Positions 40,717 through 50,682 of a DNA stretch of 64,000 nucleotides are shown here, piece by piece. Made by a program: the position numbers and the translations under genes. The stretch covers positions 80,821-144,820 of the forward strand of contig CBDAKK010000003.1 in assembly GCA_965196605.1 (NCBI GenBank), written 5' to 3'. Under the pieces are notes generated by a model. That model worked only from the letters and a program-made list of their open reading frames with translations. It was not told the DNA's origin and ran no database searches. The number at the start of each line of letters is the position of its first letter. Within the stretch, counting starts at the first letter, position 1. The stretch comes from Spirochaetia bacterium (lineage in GTDB: Bacteria > Spirochaetota > Spirochaetia > WTKD01 > G963693115).

Positions 40717-40720
40717 CAAA

Positions 40721-42964
40721 CTATCTATACTCCATTTTGCGTATGGTGTTGTTGCCTGTGTCGCTCACATATATTGTTTTGCCGTCTTGGGCTACGGCTA
40801 TGCCCTGTGGGGCATTAAAGCGTGCATGAGCGTCATTGCCGTCCTTGTTGCCAGTAAAATATCTTGACGAAAGCCACTTACTTGTATCCCTGCCTGCAAG
40901 AGTGGTAATGGTATATGGCGCTGTAGTGCTTATGGCTCGTATGCGATCCTTATACGTATCGGGAACATATAAGGTAGCGCCATCGGGGCTGAGTGCTACA
41001 TCCTTGGGGCTATTAAATTCTCTGGGGGTATTGGTTCCGCCACCAGTAATTAATGTAGTCGTGGGAGTGCTGGCGTTAATTCCACTGAGCATTGCTACCG
41101 CATGTTCGTATGGAGCAACAAAGTATAGGCTGGTGTTGTTTTGTCCCACTACCATACCGTGCATGCCCCAAAAATCAAATGTAACAGTACGCTCAACAAC
41201 CTGAAACGAAGAGTTAAGCACCTCAACTTTACCCGTAACACTAGCAACTGGAATAGTGCTCACGGCATAGGGGCTTGTAGTGTTCAGCTTGCGCAGGCCA
41301 ACACGGTCAGAAAAGTACACGGCAGCACCATCGGGGGACACGGATATACCATATGGATAGGGTATTTTTGCGGCTTCTCCGTTGCCGTTTAGGTTAGCTG
41401 CATTGTTATCCTTACTGCCGTCTCCCGCAATGGTTTTTACTTCATAGGGTGCTGTGGTGCTTATGGTGCGTATGCGATGGTTGTCCCCATCAACGAGGTA
41501 CATGATGTCCCCGTGTCGTGTTATGTCTATAGGGTTGCTGAACTTTGCCTTTGTGCCCGCCGCATCGTCGGCATAGCCCGCTGTGCCATCTCCCGCAATG
41601 GTGGTAACGGTGTGCGGTGATGCGGTGCTTATGGCGCGCACGCTGTTGTTACCGCTGTCGACAACGTACAGAGTAGCTCCGTCTGAACTTAAGTCCATGC
41701 CCCGTGGTTCGTTAAATTGAGCCTGTGTCCCCGCTACGCTTGTGCTCAGCCCTGCGCTGCCCCCTCCTGCAATGGTGGTAACCACCCATGTTTTGGTAAA
41801 GGTGAGGGGCTCACTGTCTACGCTGCTCGCCTTGTACTTCTCGTCTGCCTTGCGCGTTGCTACTACTACTACGTCTTGCGCAGGGCCTGTGGTGGCGCTC
41901 ACCTTGCCGTTTCCTTCATCAATGGTTACGCCAGCAGGTATTGGTTCTTTGAGGGCGTAGCTGTGTTCCGCATCTGGGGTAAACTCCATGTCCGTGCCCC
42001 ACGGCCCCGTTGTGGACTTAAAACTCGGCTTTGTTGCTGCCTTGCCAGGTTGTTTGTCAAAGGTGAGGGGCTCGCTTTCTACGCTCGCTTCTTCATACTT
42101 CTCATCCGCCTTGCGTGTTGCCACTACTACTACGTTTTGCGCAGGGCCTGTGGTGGCGCTCACCTTGCCAGTAGTTGTATTAATGGTTACGCCAGTAGGC
42201 TTTGGTTCTTTGAGGGCGTAGCTGTGTCCCGCCTCTGGGGTAAACGCTATGTCCGTGCCCCACGGTGCCGCTGTGACCTTAAACTTTGGCGGGTTCGCCG
42301 TTCCTTTTTGCCTTACAAATGCAACAGCATCGCTTTCCTGTGTTTGTGTACTCTTGTCTTCTGCGGTAAAGGTTGCTACCACCACCACGTCGTCCACCTT
42401 TTTTTGGGCGGTAATAATTCCTTCCTTGTCACTGGTAGTGGTGTCCACGCTCGCCCCGGTCGTGGCATCCTTTAATGCATAGCTGTGGTTGGGCATTTTC
42501 AAAAAGCGTATTTCTGTACCCCACGCTGTGTTGCTTGCCGTAAAGACGGGCTTTACAAGCTTGGGGTCGCTTACAATAAGGGTGTAGCTTGCCTTGGACT
42601 CCTTGTAGTCTTGGTTTGCCTTTTTTGTTGCGTGTACGGTGAGCGTGCCATTCTCGCTCACGCTTACTTCTCCGCTTGCTTTGTCTATGCTAGCGCCCGT
42701 ACCGCTTACGCTGTATTCAATGGCTCGCGTATCTTCAGCATTGCTTTTTTCTTCCGCTGCCGCCTGAGTGAACCTTTGTTGCGTCTTAAACACTGTTGCC
42801 TTGTTGTAGGCAAAGTTCAGTGCATTGCCGTCTTTAAGCGCTGTTCCACCACCGCCACCACCAGTGTCTCGTATCTTCGGCTTTATGGGGTTGCTTCGTA
42901 CTTCCGTTCCGGGACAAGAAGCGATAAAAAACATTACTATGCTCAGTAAAACAAAAGTCCTCAT
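40721..42964 (-). CDS. Large surface lipoprotein: three tandem Ig-like (BIG-type) repeats followed by an NHL-repeat beta-propeller
   Basis: Signal peptide with lipobox 'FIASC'. RBS AGGAGG 8 nt upstream of the ATG at 42964. Three ~80 aa repeats ('PWGTD..FTP.A.HSYALKEP.P.GVTI....GKVSATTGPAQ.VVVVATRKADEKY'). The C-terminus carries NHL motifs ('LYVVDSGNNSVRAIS', 'YLVDGDNHRIRTIS', 'IYVSDTGNNTIRKM'). Confidence 0.8.
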   Translation of the reverse strand: MRTFVLLSIVMFFIASCPGTEVRSNPIKPKIRDTGGGGGGTALKDGNALNFAYNKATVFKTQQRFTQAAAEEKSNAEDTRAIEYSVSGTGASIDKASGEVSVSENGTLTVHATKKANQDYKESKASYTLIVSDPKLVKPVFTASNTAWGTEIRFLKMPNHSYALKDATTGASVDTTTSDKEGIITAQKKVDDVVVVATFTAEDKSTQTQESDAVAFVRQKGTANPPKFKVTAAPWGTDIAFTPEAGHSYALKEPKPTGVTINTTTGKVSATTGPAQNVVVVATRKADEKYEEASVESEPLTFDKQPGKAATKPSFKSTTGPWGTDMEFTPDAEHSYALKEPIPAGVTIDEGNGKVSATTGPAQDVVVVATRKADEKYKASSVDSEPLTFTKTWVVTTIAGGGSAGLSTSVAGTQAQFNEPRGMDLSSDGATLYVVDSGNNSVRAISTASPHTVTTIAGDGTAGYADDAAGTKAKFSNPIDITRHGDIMYLVDGDNHRIRTISTTAPYEVKTIAGDGSKDNNAANLNGNGEAAKIPYPYGISVSPDGAAVYFSDRVGLRKLNTTSPYAVSTIPVASVTGKVEVLNSSFQVVERTVTFDFWGMHGMVVGQNNTSLYFVAPYEHAVAMLSGINASTPTTTLITGGGTNTPREFNSPKDVALSPDGATLYVPDTYKDRIRAISTTAPYTITTLAGRDTSKWLSSRYFTGNKDGNDAHARFNAPQGIAVAQDGKTIYVSDTGNNTIRKMEYR

Positions 42965-43129
42965 GAGAGACACCTCCTCTGATGCTATTCTTAAGGTTAC
43001 TTGTATTAATAAAATAGTAATAATTAAATTAATATCAAGTGCATTTATGTTATTTTTGGCTTTTTATGCAGGGGGCAAATTTGCCTTTGTGGAGGGCGGC
43101 AACGCTTAGTTACAGCAGTTGCTCGCTGT

Positions 43130-44285
43130 CGCTCACGCTGGTTAATGAAGACGCACTATTAAGAGCTAAAGCAGTCATGAGCCTAGGGCTCATGTGTGTA
43201 CTGGGCGGCGGTGCGTGGGGCGGCACGGTAGCTTTAGGCGCGTGAGGGTGCTTTGCAAGTGTTAAGCAGTCTGCACTGGCGCACAGTGTTTCTTCCGCGG
43301 CGCCCCACCTTTGGAGTGACAGCAGTCATTCGCCTACGGCTCATGTGTGTACTGGGCGGCGGCGCTTGGGGCGGCACGGTAGCTTTAGGCGCGTGAGGGT
43401 GCTTTGCAAGTGTTAAGCAGTCTGCACTGGCGCACAGTGTTTCTTCCGCGGCGCCCCACCTTTGGAGTGACAGCAGTCATTCGCCTACGGCTCATGTGTG
43501 TACTGGGCGGCGGTGCGTGGGGCGGCACGGTAGCTTTAGGCGCGTGAGGGTGCTTTGCAAGTGTTAAGCAGTCTGCACTGGCGCACAGTGTTTCTTCCGC
43601 GGCGCCCCACCTTTGGAGTGACAGCAGTCATTCGCCTACGGCTCATGTGTGTACTGGGCGGCGGTGCGTGGGGCGGCACGGTAGCTTTAGGCGCGTGAGG
43701 GTGCTTTGCAAGTGTTAAGCAGTCTGCACTGGCGCACAGTGTTTCTTCCGCGGCGCGGCTAAGGCGCGCAAAGGTGCCTTGCCTAGGTAGCGCTGCTTAA
43801 ACGCGTAAGGGTGACTTTGTGAGTGCAAGCAGTCTGCTGGCGCACCGTGTGTTTTGGGCGCCGCGGCTTGGACGCGAGGTTTGCTTTAACGCGTGTAAGT
43901 TACTTTGCATGTATAAGCTGCCTGCGTCCCGCAGTCTGTATTCCGCGCTGCGGCTAAAGCCGCAAAGTAGCTTTGCGTAGGTGGCGCTGCTTAAACGCGT
44001 AAGGGTGCTTTGTGAGTGCAAGCAGTCTGCTGGCGCACCGTGTGTTTTGGGCGCCGCGGCTAAAGCGCGCAAAGCTGCCTTGCCTAGGTGGCGTTGCTTA
44101 AGCGCGTAAGAGTTGCTTTGCGAGTGTAAGCAGCCTGCGCTGACGCGCCGTGTGTTTTGGGCGCCGCGACTTAGGCGCGAGGTTTGCTTTAACGCGTGTA
44201 AGTTACTTTGCATGTATAAGCTGCCTGCGTCCCGCAGTCTGTATTCCGCGGCGGTGCGTGGGGCGGCACGGTAGCTTTAGGCGCG
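43130..44285. repeat. Compound tandem-repeat array: about 4 copies of a ~153 bp unit (43175-43790), then degenerate ~100-200 bp units
   Basis: The unit 'cagcagtcattcgcctacggctcatgtgtgtactgggcggcggtgcgtggggcggcacggtagctttaggcgcgtgagggtgctttgcaagtgttaagcagtctgcactggcgcacagtgtttcttccgcggcgccccacctttggagtga' recurs with a period of ~153 bp. A second family ('gcgctgcttaaacgcgtaagggtgctttgtgagtgcaagcagtctgctggcgcaccgtgtgttttgggcgccgcgg') recurs in 43790-44280. Confidence 0.85.
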
Positions 44286-44295
44286 TGAGGGTGCT

Positions 44296-44523
44296 TTAGG
44301 AATAAACGGTGAGCGTACCATTTTCGCTCACGCTTACTTCTCCGCTTGCTTTGTCTATGCTAGCGCCCGTACCGCTTACGCTGTATTCAATGGCTCGCGT
44401 ATCTTCAGCATTGCTTTTTTCTTCCGCTGCCGTCTGAGTGAACCTTTGTTGCGTCTTAGTCACAGAAAGCGTGCATACAATACCGCTATAGCAAATTGCA
44501 TGCTGCGCTAGCGCTTTAGCCAC
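44296..44523 (-). pseudogene. Detached duplicate of the 5' coding region of the NHL/Ig lipoprotein gene (gene fragment)
   Basis: 44300-44460 is near-identical to 42640-42800. The encoded peptide 'TQQRFTQTAAEEKSNAEDTRAIEYSVSGTGASIDKASGEVSVSENGTLTV' equals residues ~60-110 of the 747 aa protein. No signal peptide and no continuation. Confidence 0.7.
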
Positions 44524-44595
44524 ACAAGACGTTCATCTAACACAGGGAGTTGTGGCGACACTCCCCACACACAAAGAGCAATAGCCCCCTTAGTG

Positions 44596-45729
44596 TTATT
44601 TGAATTTCGGCCATTTACTTTTATCTTTGTTCATTTTTGTCACACTGTTAAAAATATTATCCCACCTCGTCACACTATCTACCTTCCAGCCGCTAAGGTC
44701 TTGGTTGAACGCTGTAGCACGAGCAAACATCCATGCCATATTCGTGACTTTGGACGTGTCCCAGCTACCAATGCCTTGGTTGAAAGATGTAGCACTATAA
44801 AACATGTCTTCCATATTCTTTACCTGAGACGTGTCCCAGTTACTAATGTCTTCGTTAAAAGCTATAGCCTTAGAAAACATATATGACATATCCCTGACCT
44901 GAGAGGTGTTCCACTGACCAATGTCTTGGTTGAAAGATGTAGCACTATAAAACATGTCTTCCATATTCTTTACCTGAGACGTGTCCCAGTTACTAATGTC
45001 TTCGTTAAAAGCTATAGCCTTAGAAAACATATATGACATATCCCTGACCTGAGAGGTGTTCCACTGACCAATGTCTTGAGTGAAAACCCCAGCCCCCCAA
45101 AACATGCCTACCATATCCGTGACCTGAGACGTGTTCCAGCACTTTATATCACCATTGAATTTAGATTCCCCTTGAAATAAACGATTCATATTAGTAATAG
45201 CTGATGTATCGATGTGATTGAGATTAGGACTAGGAGTCGCTGAGGTAATAGCCTTGTTAAGCAATGCTTGTAATGCTACCTTGTTTTGTGGATGCTGAGT
45301 CTCTGTTGCACCACATGAATTCTTCCAGATTACCGACAAGCTTATATCAGAAGTAATTGCTGTGTTCTCATCATGCTTTTGCTTGTTATGTTCGAAGCGT
45401 TCTAGCGTACGGGTTATTCCATTGACCACACTATACGTAAGTTTGCTCGTTATACCAACATCTTTTAAGCTTTGACCAGCTTTGAGGATAAGGGTATTGT
45501 CTGTAGACCCTCCCGTTAAGGTACCTCCATGTAATGCAAAGGTTACGGTAAATGAGCTGGTGGCTAATTTATTCATGCCAATGGTGTTTAAGGGGCTTGA
45601 AACTAAGTTTTGAGCTGCATCATCTAATAATTGATCGCATCCCCCAAAGGTAAAAGTTATTAAAGCAAAGGTTGTTACAACGATTACTGCGCGAAATGCT
45701 TGTATGTATTTATGATTACTGTGTTTCAT
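44596..45729 (-). CDS. DUF285 repeat lipoprotein (paralog 2) with a distinct N-terminal domain and an exact 150 bp internal tandem duplication
   Basis: Lipobox 'FTFGGC'. Repeats of 'FNEDISNWDTSQVKNMEDMFYSATSFNQDIGQWNTSQVRDMSYMFSKAIA' occur twice identically (nt 44770-44920 equals 44920-45070). The 5' leader resembles that of the 23077 gene. Confidence 0.85.
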   Translation of the reverse strand: MKHSNHKYIQAFRAVIVVTTFALITFTFGGCDQLLDDAAQNLVSSPLNTIGMNKLATSSFTVTFALHGGTLTGGSTDNTLILKAGQSLKDVGITSKLTYSVVNGITRTLERFEHNKQKHDENTAITSDISLSVIWKNSCGATETQHPQNKVALQALLNKAITSATPSPNLNHIDTSAITNMNRLFQGESKFNGDIKCWNTSQVTDMVGMFWGAGVFTQDIGQWNTSQVRDMSYMFSKAIAFNEDISNWDTSQVKNMEDMFYSATSFNQDIGQWNTSQVRDMSYMFSKAIAFNEDISNWDTSQVKNMEDMFYSATSFNQGIGSWDTSKVTNMAWMFARATAFNQDLSGWKVDSVTRWDNIFNSVTKMNKDKSKWPKFK

Positions 45730-46074
45730 AAAATCCTCCTAAAAAATATATTATTTCATATTTGTAATTATATAATAACTATTATGATATGCAAAGAGAC
45801 GCAGGATTGTCTTGGCGGGGGTTCGGCCCCACGCCCCCATGATGTATGACGTTCTTATGCGCTCCGCGCGTGAGGGTACTTTGTAAGTGCTAGCAGCCTA
45901 CTCAGCCCGTGAGTTTGCCTTTGTAGGGGCAAGCACCCATACCCCTGAGCATGAGTAAACACCTTTTGTGCTGACGCGCGGTGTTGCTTGGCATGTGAGA
46001 GGTAGCTTAATAGCGTATCTGCGAATACCTATGTTACGCTTCGCGTTGCTGCGCTAGATCCAGTTGTCAGCAGT

Positions 46075-46200
46075 GACTTCGTATCTGCGCAGCAGGATGG
46101 TCGCTCGTCCCATGGACGGGGCAAATAGAGCGCCATGGACGGTGCAGAAATGGAGTACTCGCACCAAAGAAAGAAAGTACAGTTATCTGAAGACTTAGCA
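46075..46200. repeat. R1 intergenic repeat copy (inverted relative to 22300-22400)
   Basis: 'ggtcgctcgtcccatggacggggcaaatagagcgccatggacggtgcagaaatggagtactcgcaccaaagaaagaaagtacag' is the reverse complement of 22300-22395. Confidence 0.8.
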
Positions 46201-46458
46201 TACCGCGCTAGCGCCTTAGCCGCACAAGGCGTCCACGCAATGCCGCGCAAGCAAAACACACACAGCGTCAGCTACAATACAGAGACCCGCGCGGAGCGCA
46301 GATAGGCTTGCCCCCACAAAGCCCACAATGTGTCTCTAATTTAGCATTTCAATCTTGAGAAGTAAGGCTTGCTGATGAGTGTATGTGCCTGAGGTGCGTG
46401 CTAGTCCTATGGTACAATTTGTTATTAATAACAGCGTGTTTACGCACAGGAGGTATGT

Positions 46459-47451
46459 ATGAAGAAACAGTTTGCACTTTTTGGCACGGGGCGTATTGGG
46501 GCTGTGCATGCGCGGAACATTGCCTTGCATGCGCAGGCAGAGCTTGCCTATGTATATGATGTATTTGAAGAGTCGGCGCGGGCGTGTGCGCAGCAGTACG
46601 GGGCACGCTGCGCTGCATCACCTGAGGAGATATGGAACTCGGACGTAGATGCGGTGGTCATTGCGTCTTCGACAAACACGCATGCAGGCTTGTTGAGCGC
46701 GGCGCTTAAAGCGGGTAAGGCTGTGTACTGCGAAAAGCCCATTGACCTCGATATAGGCAAAGTACGGGGGGTGGTAGCGGAGGCTAGGGACTCGGAGCTG
46801 CCGGTTTTTATAGGCTTTAGCCGACGTTTTGATGGAAACCACCGCGGGGTTTACCGCGCCATACGCGAGGGGAGCATAGGGGATATTGAGCTTATGCACA
46901 TAACCTCACGCGACTTGAGCCCGCCGTCTCTTGAGTACATACAGGTTTCGGGCGGGCAGTTTAGAGACCAAACCATACATTGCTTTGACCTTGTGCGCTG
47001 GCTTACGGGTGCAGAGCCTGTGGAGGTATATGCATGCGCGTCCGTGCTGGTGGACAAGGCCATTGGGGAGGCGGGTGATGTTGACACTGCTATGCTAACC
47101 CTGAAAATGCCGAGCGGGGCATTGTGCCATATAAATAATAGTCGGCGCTCTGCCTACGGCTACGATGAATATATTGAAGTCTTTGGTTCAAAGGGCATGG
47201 TGCAGTCACGGCGTAAGCCTACGGCGGAGGTTTCGTTGTACAGCGGAGCTAGCGTGGTTTCGAGTGGTTTGCATTCGGGTTGGTTTGAGCGCATGGAGCA
47301 CACCTTTGAAATTGCGCTTGACACCTTTGTGCGCACGCTTTTGGGGGAAGGGCTTGAGTACCCCAACGCGAGTGACGGGCTGAGGGCGCAGCTTATAGCG
47401 GAGGCTGCCGTGGCTTCATTAAAGGCAAACAAGCCGGTGTCAATAGAATAA
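46459..47451 (+). CDS. iolG: Gfo/Idh/MocA oxidoreductase, myo-inositol 2-dehydrogenase (IolG)-like
   Basis: 'KKQFALFGTGRIGAVHARNI' and 'VYCEKPI'. Length is 330 aa. Confidence 0.8.
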   Translation: MKKQFALFGTGRIGAVHARNIALHAQAELAYVYDVFEESARACAQQYGARCAASPEEIWNSDVDAVVIASSTNTHAGLLSAALKAGKAVYCEKPIDLDIGKVRGVVAEARDSELPVFIGFSRRFDGNHRGVYRAIREGSIGDIELMHITSRDLSPPSLEYIQVSGGQFRDQTIHCFDLVRWLTGAEPVEVYACASVLVDKAIGEAGDVDTAMLTLKMPSGALCHINNSRRSAYGYDEYIEVFGSKGMVQSRRKPTAEVSLYSGASVVSSGLHSGWFERMEHTFEIALDTFVRTLLGEGLEYPNASDGLRAQLIAEAAVASLKANKPVSIE

Positions 47452-47490
47452 GCGCATGGTACGTGCGCATGTAATGAGGAGTTTGAAAGG

Positions 47491-48387
47491 ATGATACGAG
47501 TTGGAAATGCCCCGTGTTCGTGGGGCGTGATAGAGAATGTTGCGGGTGAGCGCGGGGCTTATGCGCGCGTTTTGGACGAAATGCATGAGACGGGCTACCG
47601 CGGGACGGAGCTTGGCGATTGGGGCTTTATGCCCACAGACCCGCGCGTGCTGCGCGATGAACTGAGTCGGCGTTCTTTAGAGCTTACGGGTTCGTGGGTA
47701 ACCGTGTATTTGCAGGATGCGGCGCGGCGCGCACAAAGTGAGGCGGACGCCGTGAGGACGGCGCGGCTTTTGGCCGAAGTGGGCGGACAAGAGGGCGTGA
47801 TAGTGCTGGGCAACGACCCCTATGGTGATGCGGTGCGCATGCAGAACGCGGGGCGTATACAGAGTGAACACGGCATGAGCGCGGAGCAGTGGCGCGCCTT
47901 TGTAGAGGGCGCACAGCGCGTGGCGTCTGCGGTAAAACGCGAGAGTGGCTTGCGTACCGTGTTGCATCATCACATTGGCACGTGGGTGGAGACGCCTACG
48001 GAGGTGGAAACCTTTTTGGAGCGCACCGACCCGGAGCTTATAGGCATTGTTTTTGACACGGGGCACTACAGCTTTGGTGGTGGTAATGCCCTTGAGGGCT
48101 TGCAAAAACATGCGCAGCGCGTGTGGTACGTGCACTTTAAAGACCATGACCCGCATGCTGCTGCGCGCGCTAGAGCGCATGAGTGTGATGCAGTGCAGGC
48201 TGTGGAGCAGGGGGTGTTTTGTGAGCTTGGCAAGGGTGACGTCGACTTTGAGGCGGTGCTTGCCTCCTTAGAGGGCATGGGCTACCAGGGCTGGGTTGTT
48301 GTGGAGCAGGACGTGCTGCCGGGCATGGGCAGCCCCAAAGAAAGTGCGGCGCGCAACAGGGCGTACTTGCAGAGCTTGGGGCTGTAG
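47491..48387 (+). CDS. iolE: Inosose dehydratase (IolE)-like sugar phosphate isomerase/epimerase TIM-barrel protein
   Basis: '[13 protein letters not shown]...[36 protein letters not shown]' matches the IolE N-terminal pattern. It follows iolG. Confidence 0.75.
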   Translation: MIRVGNAPCSWGVIENVAGERGAYARVLDEMHETGYRGTELGDWGFMPTDPRVLRDELSRRSLELTGSWVTVYLQDAARRAQSEADAVRTARLLAEVGGQEGVIVLGNDPYGDAVRMQNAGRIQSEHGMSAEQWRAFVEGAQRVASAVKRESGLRTVLHHHIGTWVETPTEVETFLERTDPELIGIVFDTGHYSFGGGNALEGLQKHAQRVWYVHFKDHDPHAAARARAHECDAVQAVEQGVFCELGKGDVDFEAVLASLEGMGYQGWVVVEQDVLPGMGSPKESAARNRAYLQSLGL

Positions 48388-48409
48388 GCTTAGTGGGGTA
48401 CATGACGCC

Positions 48410-48850
48410 ATGAACAGGGTCACGCTTATTACTTTGGCGGTTGACAACTTAGCCGAGGCGCAGAGTTTTTATGCGCGTTTAGGCTGGGAGCTTACAGAAG
48501 CAGTACCTGATATGATAGCTTTTTATGACTTGCAGGGGCTCATGCTCGGGCTTTACAACGCGGCCAAGCATGCTGAAGACATGGGGTGTGATGCGGCCTC
48601 TCTTGGCACGGGTAAGTCTGCGCTGGCGGTGAATTTTGCTACTGAGGCGGAAGTGGACGCGGCCTATGAGCGCGCAATTTCAGCAGGCGCACGGGTAATT
48701 CATGCGCCCAAAAAGGTGTTTTGGGGTGGTTATTCTTCCCTGTGGCGTGACCCCTATGGGCATGTGTGGGAATACGCCATGAATCCATTTTGGACACTGG
48801 ACGAGAACGGACGCTTAGTGGACACGGGAGCGCAAAGCACTGACCAGTAG
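48410..48850 (+). CDS. VOC-family (glyoxalase/bleomycin-resistance fold) protein
   Basis: 'VTLITLAVDNLAEAQSFYARLGWE' beta-alpha-beta-beta-beta start. ~146 aa from the ATG at 48410. Confidence 0.65.
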   Translation: MNRVTLITLAVDNLAEAQSFYARLGWELTEAVPDMIAFYDLQGLMLGLYNAAKHAEDMGCDAASLGTGKSALAVNFATEAEVDAAYERAISAGARVIHAPKKVFWGGYSSLWRDPYGHVWEYAMNPFWTLDENGRLVDTGAQSTDQ

Positions 48851-48953
48851 GCTGGTGTATGAGCGCCCTTTAGTAAGACACTGCTAAGGCACGACTAAAA
48901 CACATGCTAGGTCGCAGCAAAACAAGGGCACGTGTACTATACTTGTATGTACA

Positions 48954-49781
48954 ATGCCCATTGCAGAACTACATGCATTATTCACAAGCCCAGTTTCGTA
49001 TGCATTGTTAGCGCTTTCGGCGCTACTTATTGGCATGTCGAAAATGGGCTTTCCGGGCATTAACATTATTTCTACGCCTATTGTCATTTACCTTGTGCAG
49101 GATGTGCGGGTGTCCATAGCCTTGGCGCTGCTACTGCTCTACCCCGGCGACATTGTGGCTGTGCTGCATTTCAGAAAGTCTTGTAATAAGAAGGTATTTT
49201 TCATGTTCACGCCCTACGCAATTGTGGGCGTTCTTGCTGCGGGGTTCATCGGGGTGTTTTTGTCGCGGACAACGCTACTCGCCCTCATAGTCTTTCTCAT
49301 ACTCGCTTTCGCGCTTATTATGATAATACAAGAGATACACTACCTAGTGCGGCGCAGGAAAAATGCTGCGCGTATTCATGGAGAAGAAGCGCACCGTGCC
49401 CCAAAGCCTCAGTCATTGGGCAGAAGCATGATTTTGGGGTTGCTCGTCTTTTCAAGCGGTGCTTCCTCTACGCTTGCAAGTGCCTCGGGTCCCATTACCT
49501 CTTTGTATTTGCTAACCCTGCGCATGGACAAAAAAAGCTTTATAGGCACCGGCGCGGTACTGTACATTACGTACAACACCGTCAAGTTGTTCATTTTCAC
49601 GCTTATGTGGAAGGTCATAAGCGTGCCCTTGCTTTTGTACAGCCTCACGGTTACTCCGTGGGCAATAGCGGGCGCGTACCTCTCACGCAGCATATCAAAA
49701 AACATTCCTGAGCATGTTTACCGCTGGGTAATAATTGCGCTTGTGTGTGCCGCGGGTTTTTCGCTTATGCGCTTATTATAA
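48954..49781 (+). CDS. TauE/SafE (DUF81) family anion exporter membrane protein
   Basis: 275 aa polytopic protein. 'LIGMSKMGFPGINIISTPIVIYL' is a TauE-type first helix pair. Confidence 0.7.
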   Translation: MPIAELHALFTSPVSYALLALSALLIGMSKMGFPGINIISTPIVIYLVQDVRVSIALALLLLYPGDIVAVLHFRKSCNKKVFFMFTPYAIVGVLAAGFIGVFLSRTTLLALIVFLILAFALIMIIQEIHYLVRRRKNAARIHGEEAHRAPKPQSLGRSMILGLLVFSSGASSTLASASGPITSLYLLTLRMDKKSFIGTGAVLYITYNTVKLFIFTLMWKVISVPLLLYSLTVTPWAIAGAYLSRSISKNIPEHVYRWVIIALVCAAGFSLMRLL

Positions 49782-49807
49782 TACGCCTACTATAATAAAT
49801 AGTACTT

Positions 49808-50269
49808 ATGCGTTGTCCCCAATGCCAAACCGATGAAGACAAGGTTCTTGAAACGCGCGTGCTTGCACATGGGCAGGTTATTCGTAGAAGGCGCAGTTGC
49901 CTGCATTGCGACTTTCGCTTTACGTCCTATGAGCGAGTGGAGGAGCGCCCCCTCACCGTGGTAAAAAAGAACAACACGCGTGAGCTTTTTAGCAGGGAGA
50001 AGTTGCGCAATGGCATTGCAACTGCGGTGCGCAAGCGTCCCGTGTCGCAGGACGTTATAGAAAACATGCTTGATGAAATTGAGGAAGACGCGCATATACG
50101 CTCGGGCACCACGCATGAAATTTCGTCTTCTACACTCGGTGACATGATCATAGCCCGCTTGCAAGGCGTAGATACCGTTGCGTATTTGCGCTTTGTGTCG
50201 GTCTATCGCAATTTTGAAAATGTGGACGGATTTATTCGCGAAATACAGTTGTTATCGCAAGATAAATAG
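49808..50269 (+). CDS. nrdR: Transcriptional repressor NrdR (zinc ribbon + ATP-cone)
   Basis: 'MRCPQCQ...VLETRV...RRRRSCLHCDFRFTSYERVEE' is diagnostic. Length is 153 aa. Confidence 0.9.
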   Translation: MRCPQCQTDEDKVLETRVLAHGQVIRRRRSCLHCDFRFTSYERVEERPLTVVKKNNTRELFSREKLRNGIATAVRKRPVSQDVIENMLDEIEEDAHIRSGTTHEISSSTLGDMIIARLQGVDTVAYLRFVSVYRNFENVDGFIREIQLLSQDK

Positions 50270-50283
50270 TTATAATAAGCATT

Positions 50284-50682
50284 ATGAGTTCCAACAAAAT
50301 TCACGAACAAGAAGAAGCACTTTCACAAGAGGTTCACTCTTTCCAAGACGAACAAGAGCGCGTTCGTTCTATCATTGGCGCCATAGGTGGCTCTCACAAA
50401 AAAATGTACACGCGCATTATCAATATTGGCTTTATCATCTCCCTGTTGGTGTTGTTTTTTTTAGAGTTTTTCACAGATTTACTCGACAAACTGCTGGCAG
50501 TTGAAATTGGTGTATTGCTTGTCTCCATAAAAATTTTGTGGATGATGTACGAGCAGTCGCGTGTAGAGCACTTTATGTTTTGGATTCTAAGCTCCATTGA
50601 GTTTCAAGTAGCAAGCATAGACAAAAAAATTGATGCTATGAACAAGACGAAAAACAAAGATTCCTCCTCCTCTAAAAAGTAG
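50284..50682 (+). CDS. Hypothetical small membrane protein
   Basis: 132 aa with two hydrophobic helices and a charged N-terminus. No recognisable family. Confidence 0.4.
   Translation: MSSNKIHEQEEALSQEVHSFQDEQERVRSIIGAIGGSHKKMYTRIINIGFIISLLVLFFLEFFTDLLDKLLAVEIGVLLVSIKILWMMYEQSRVEHFMFWILSSIEFQVASIDKKIDAMNKTKNKDSSSSKK

Noticed and set aside
43130-44285. Possible CRISPR array (regular GC-rich repeats)
   Set aside because: Repeat units are ~153 bp and directly abut each other, with no unique spacers of 25-40 bp. A second degenerate family is interleaved. No cas genes are present.
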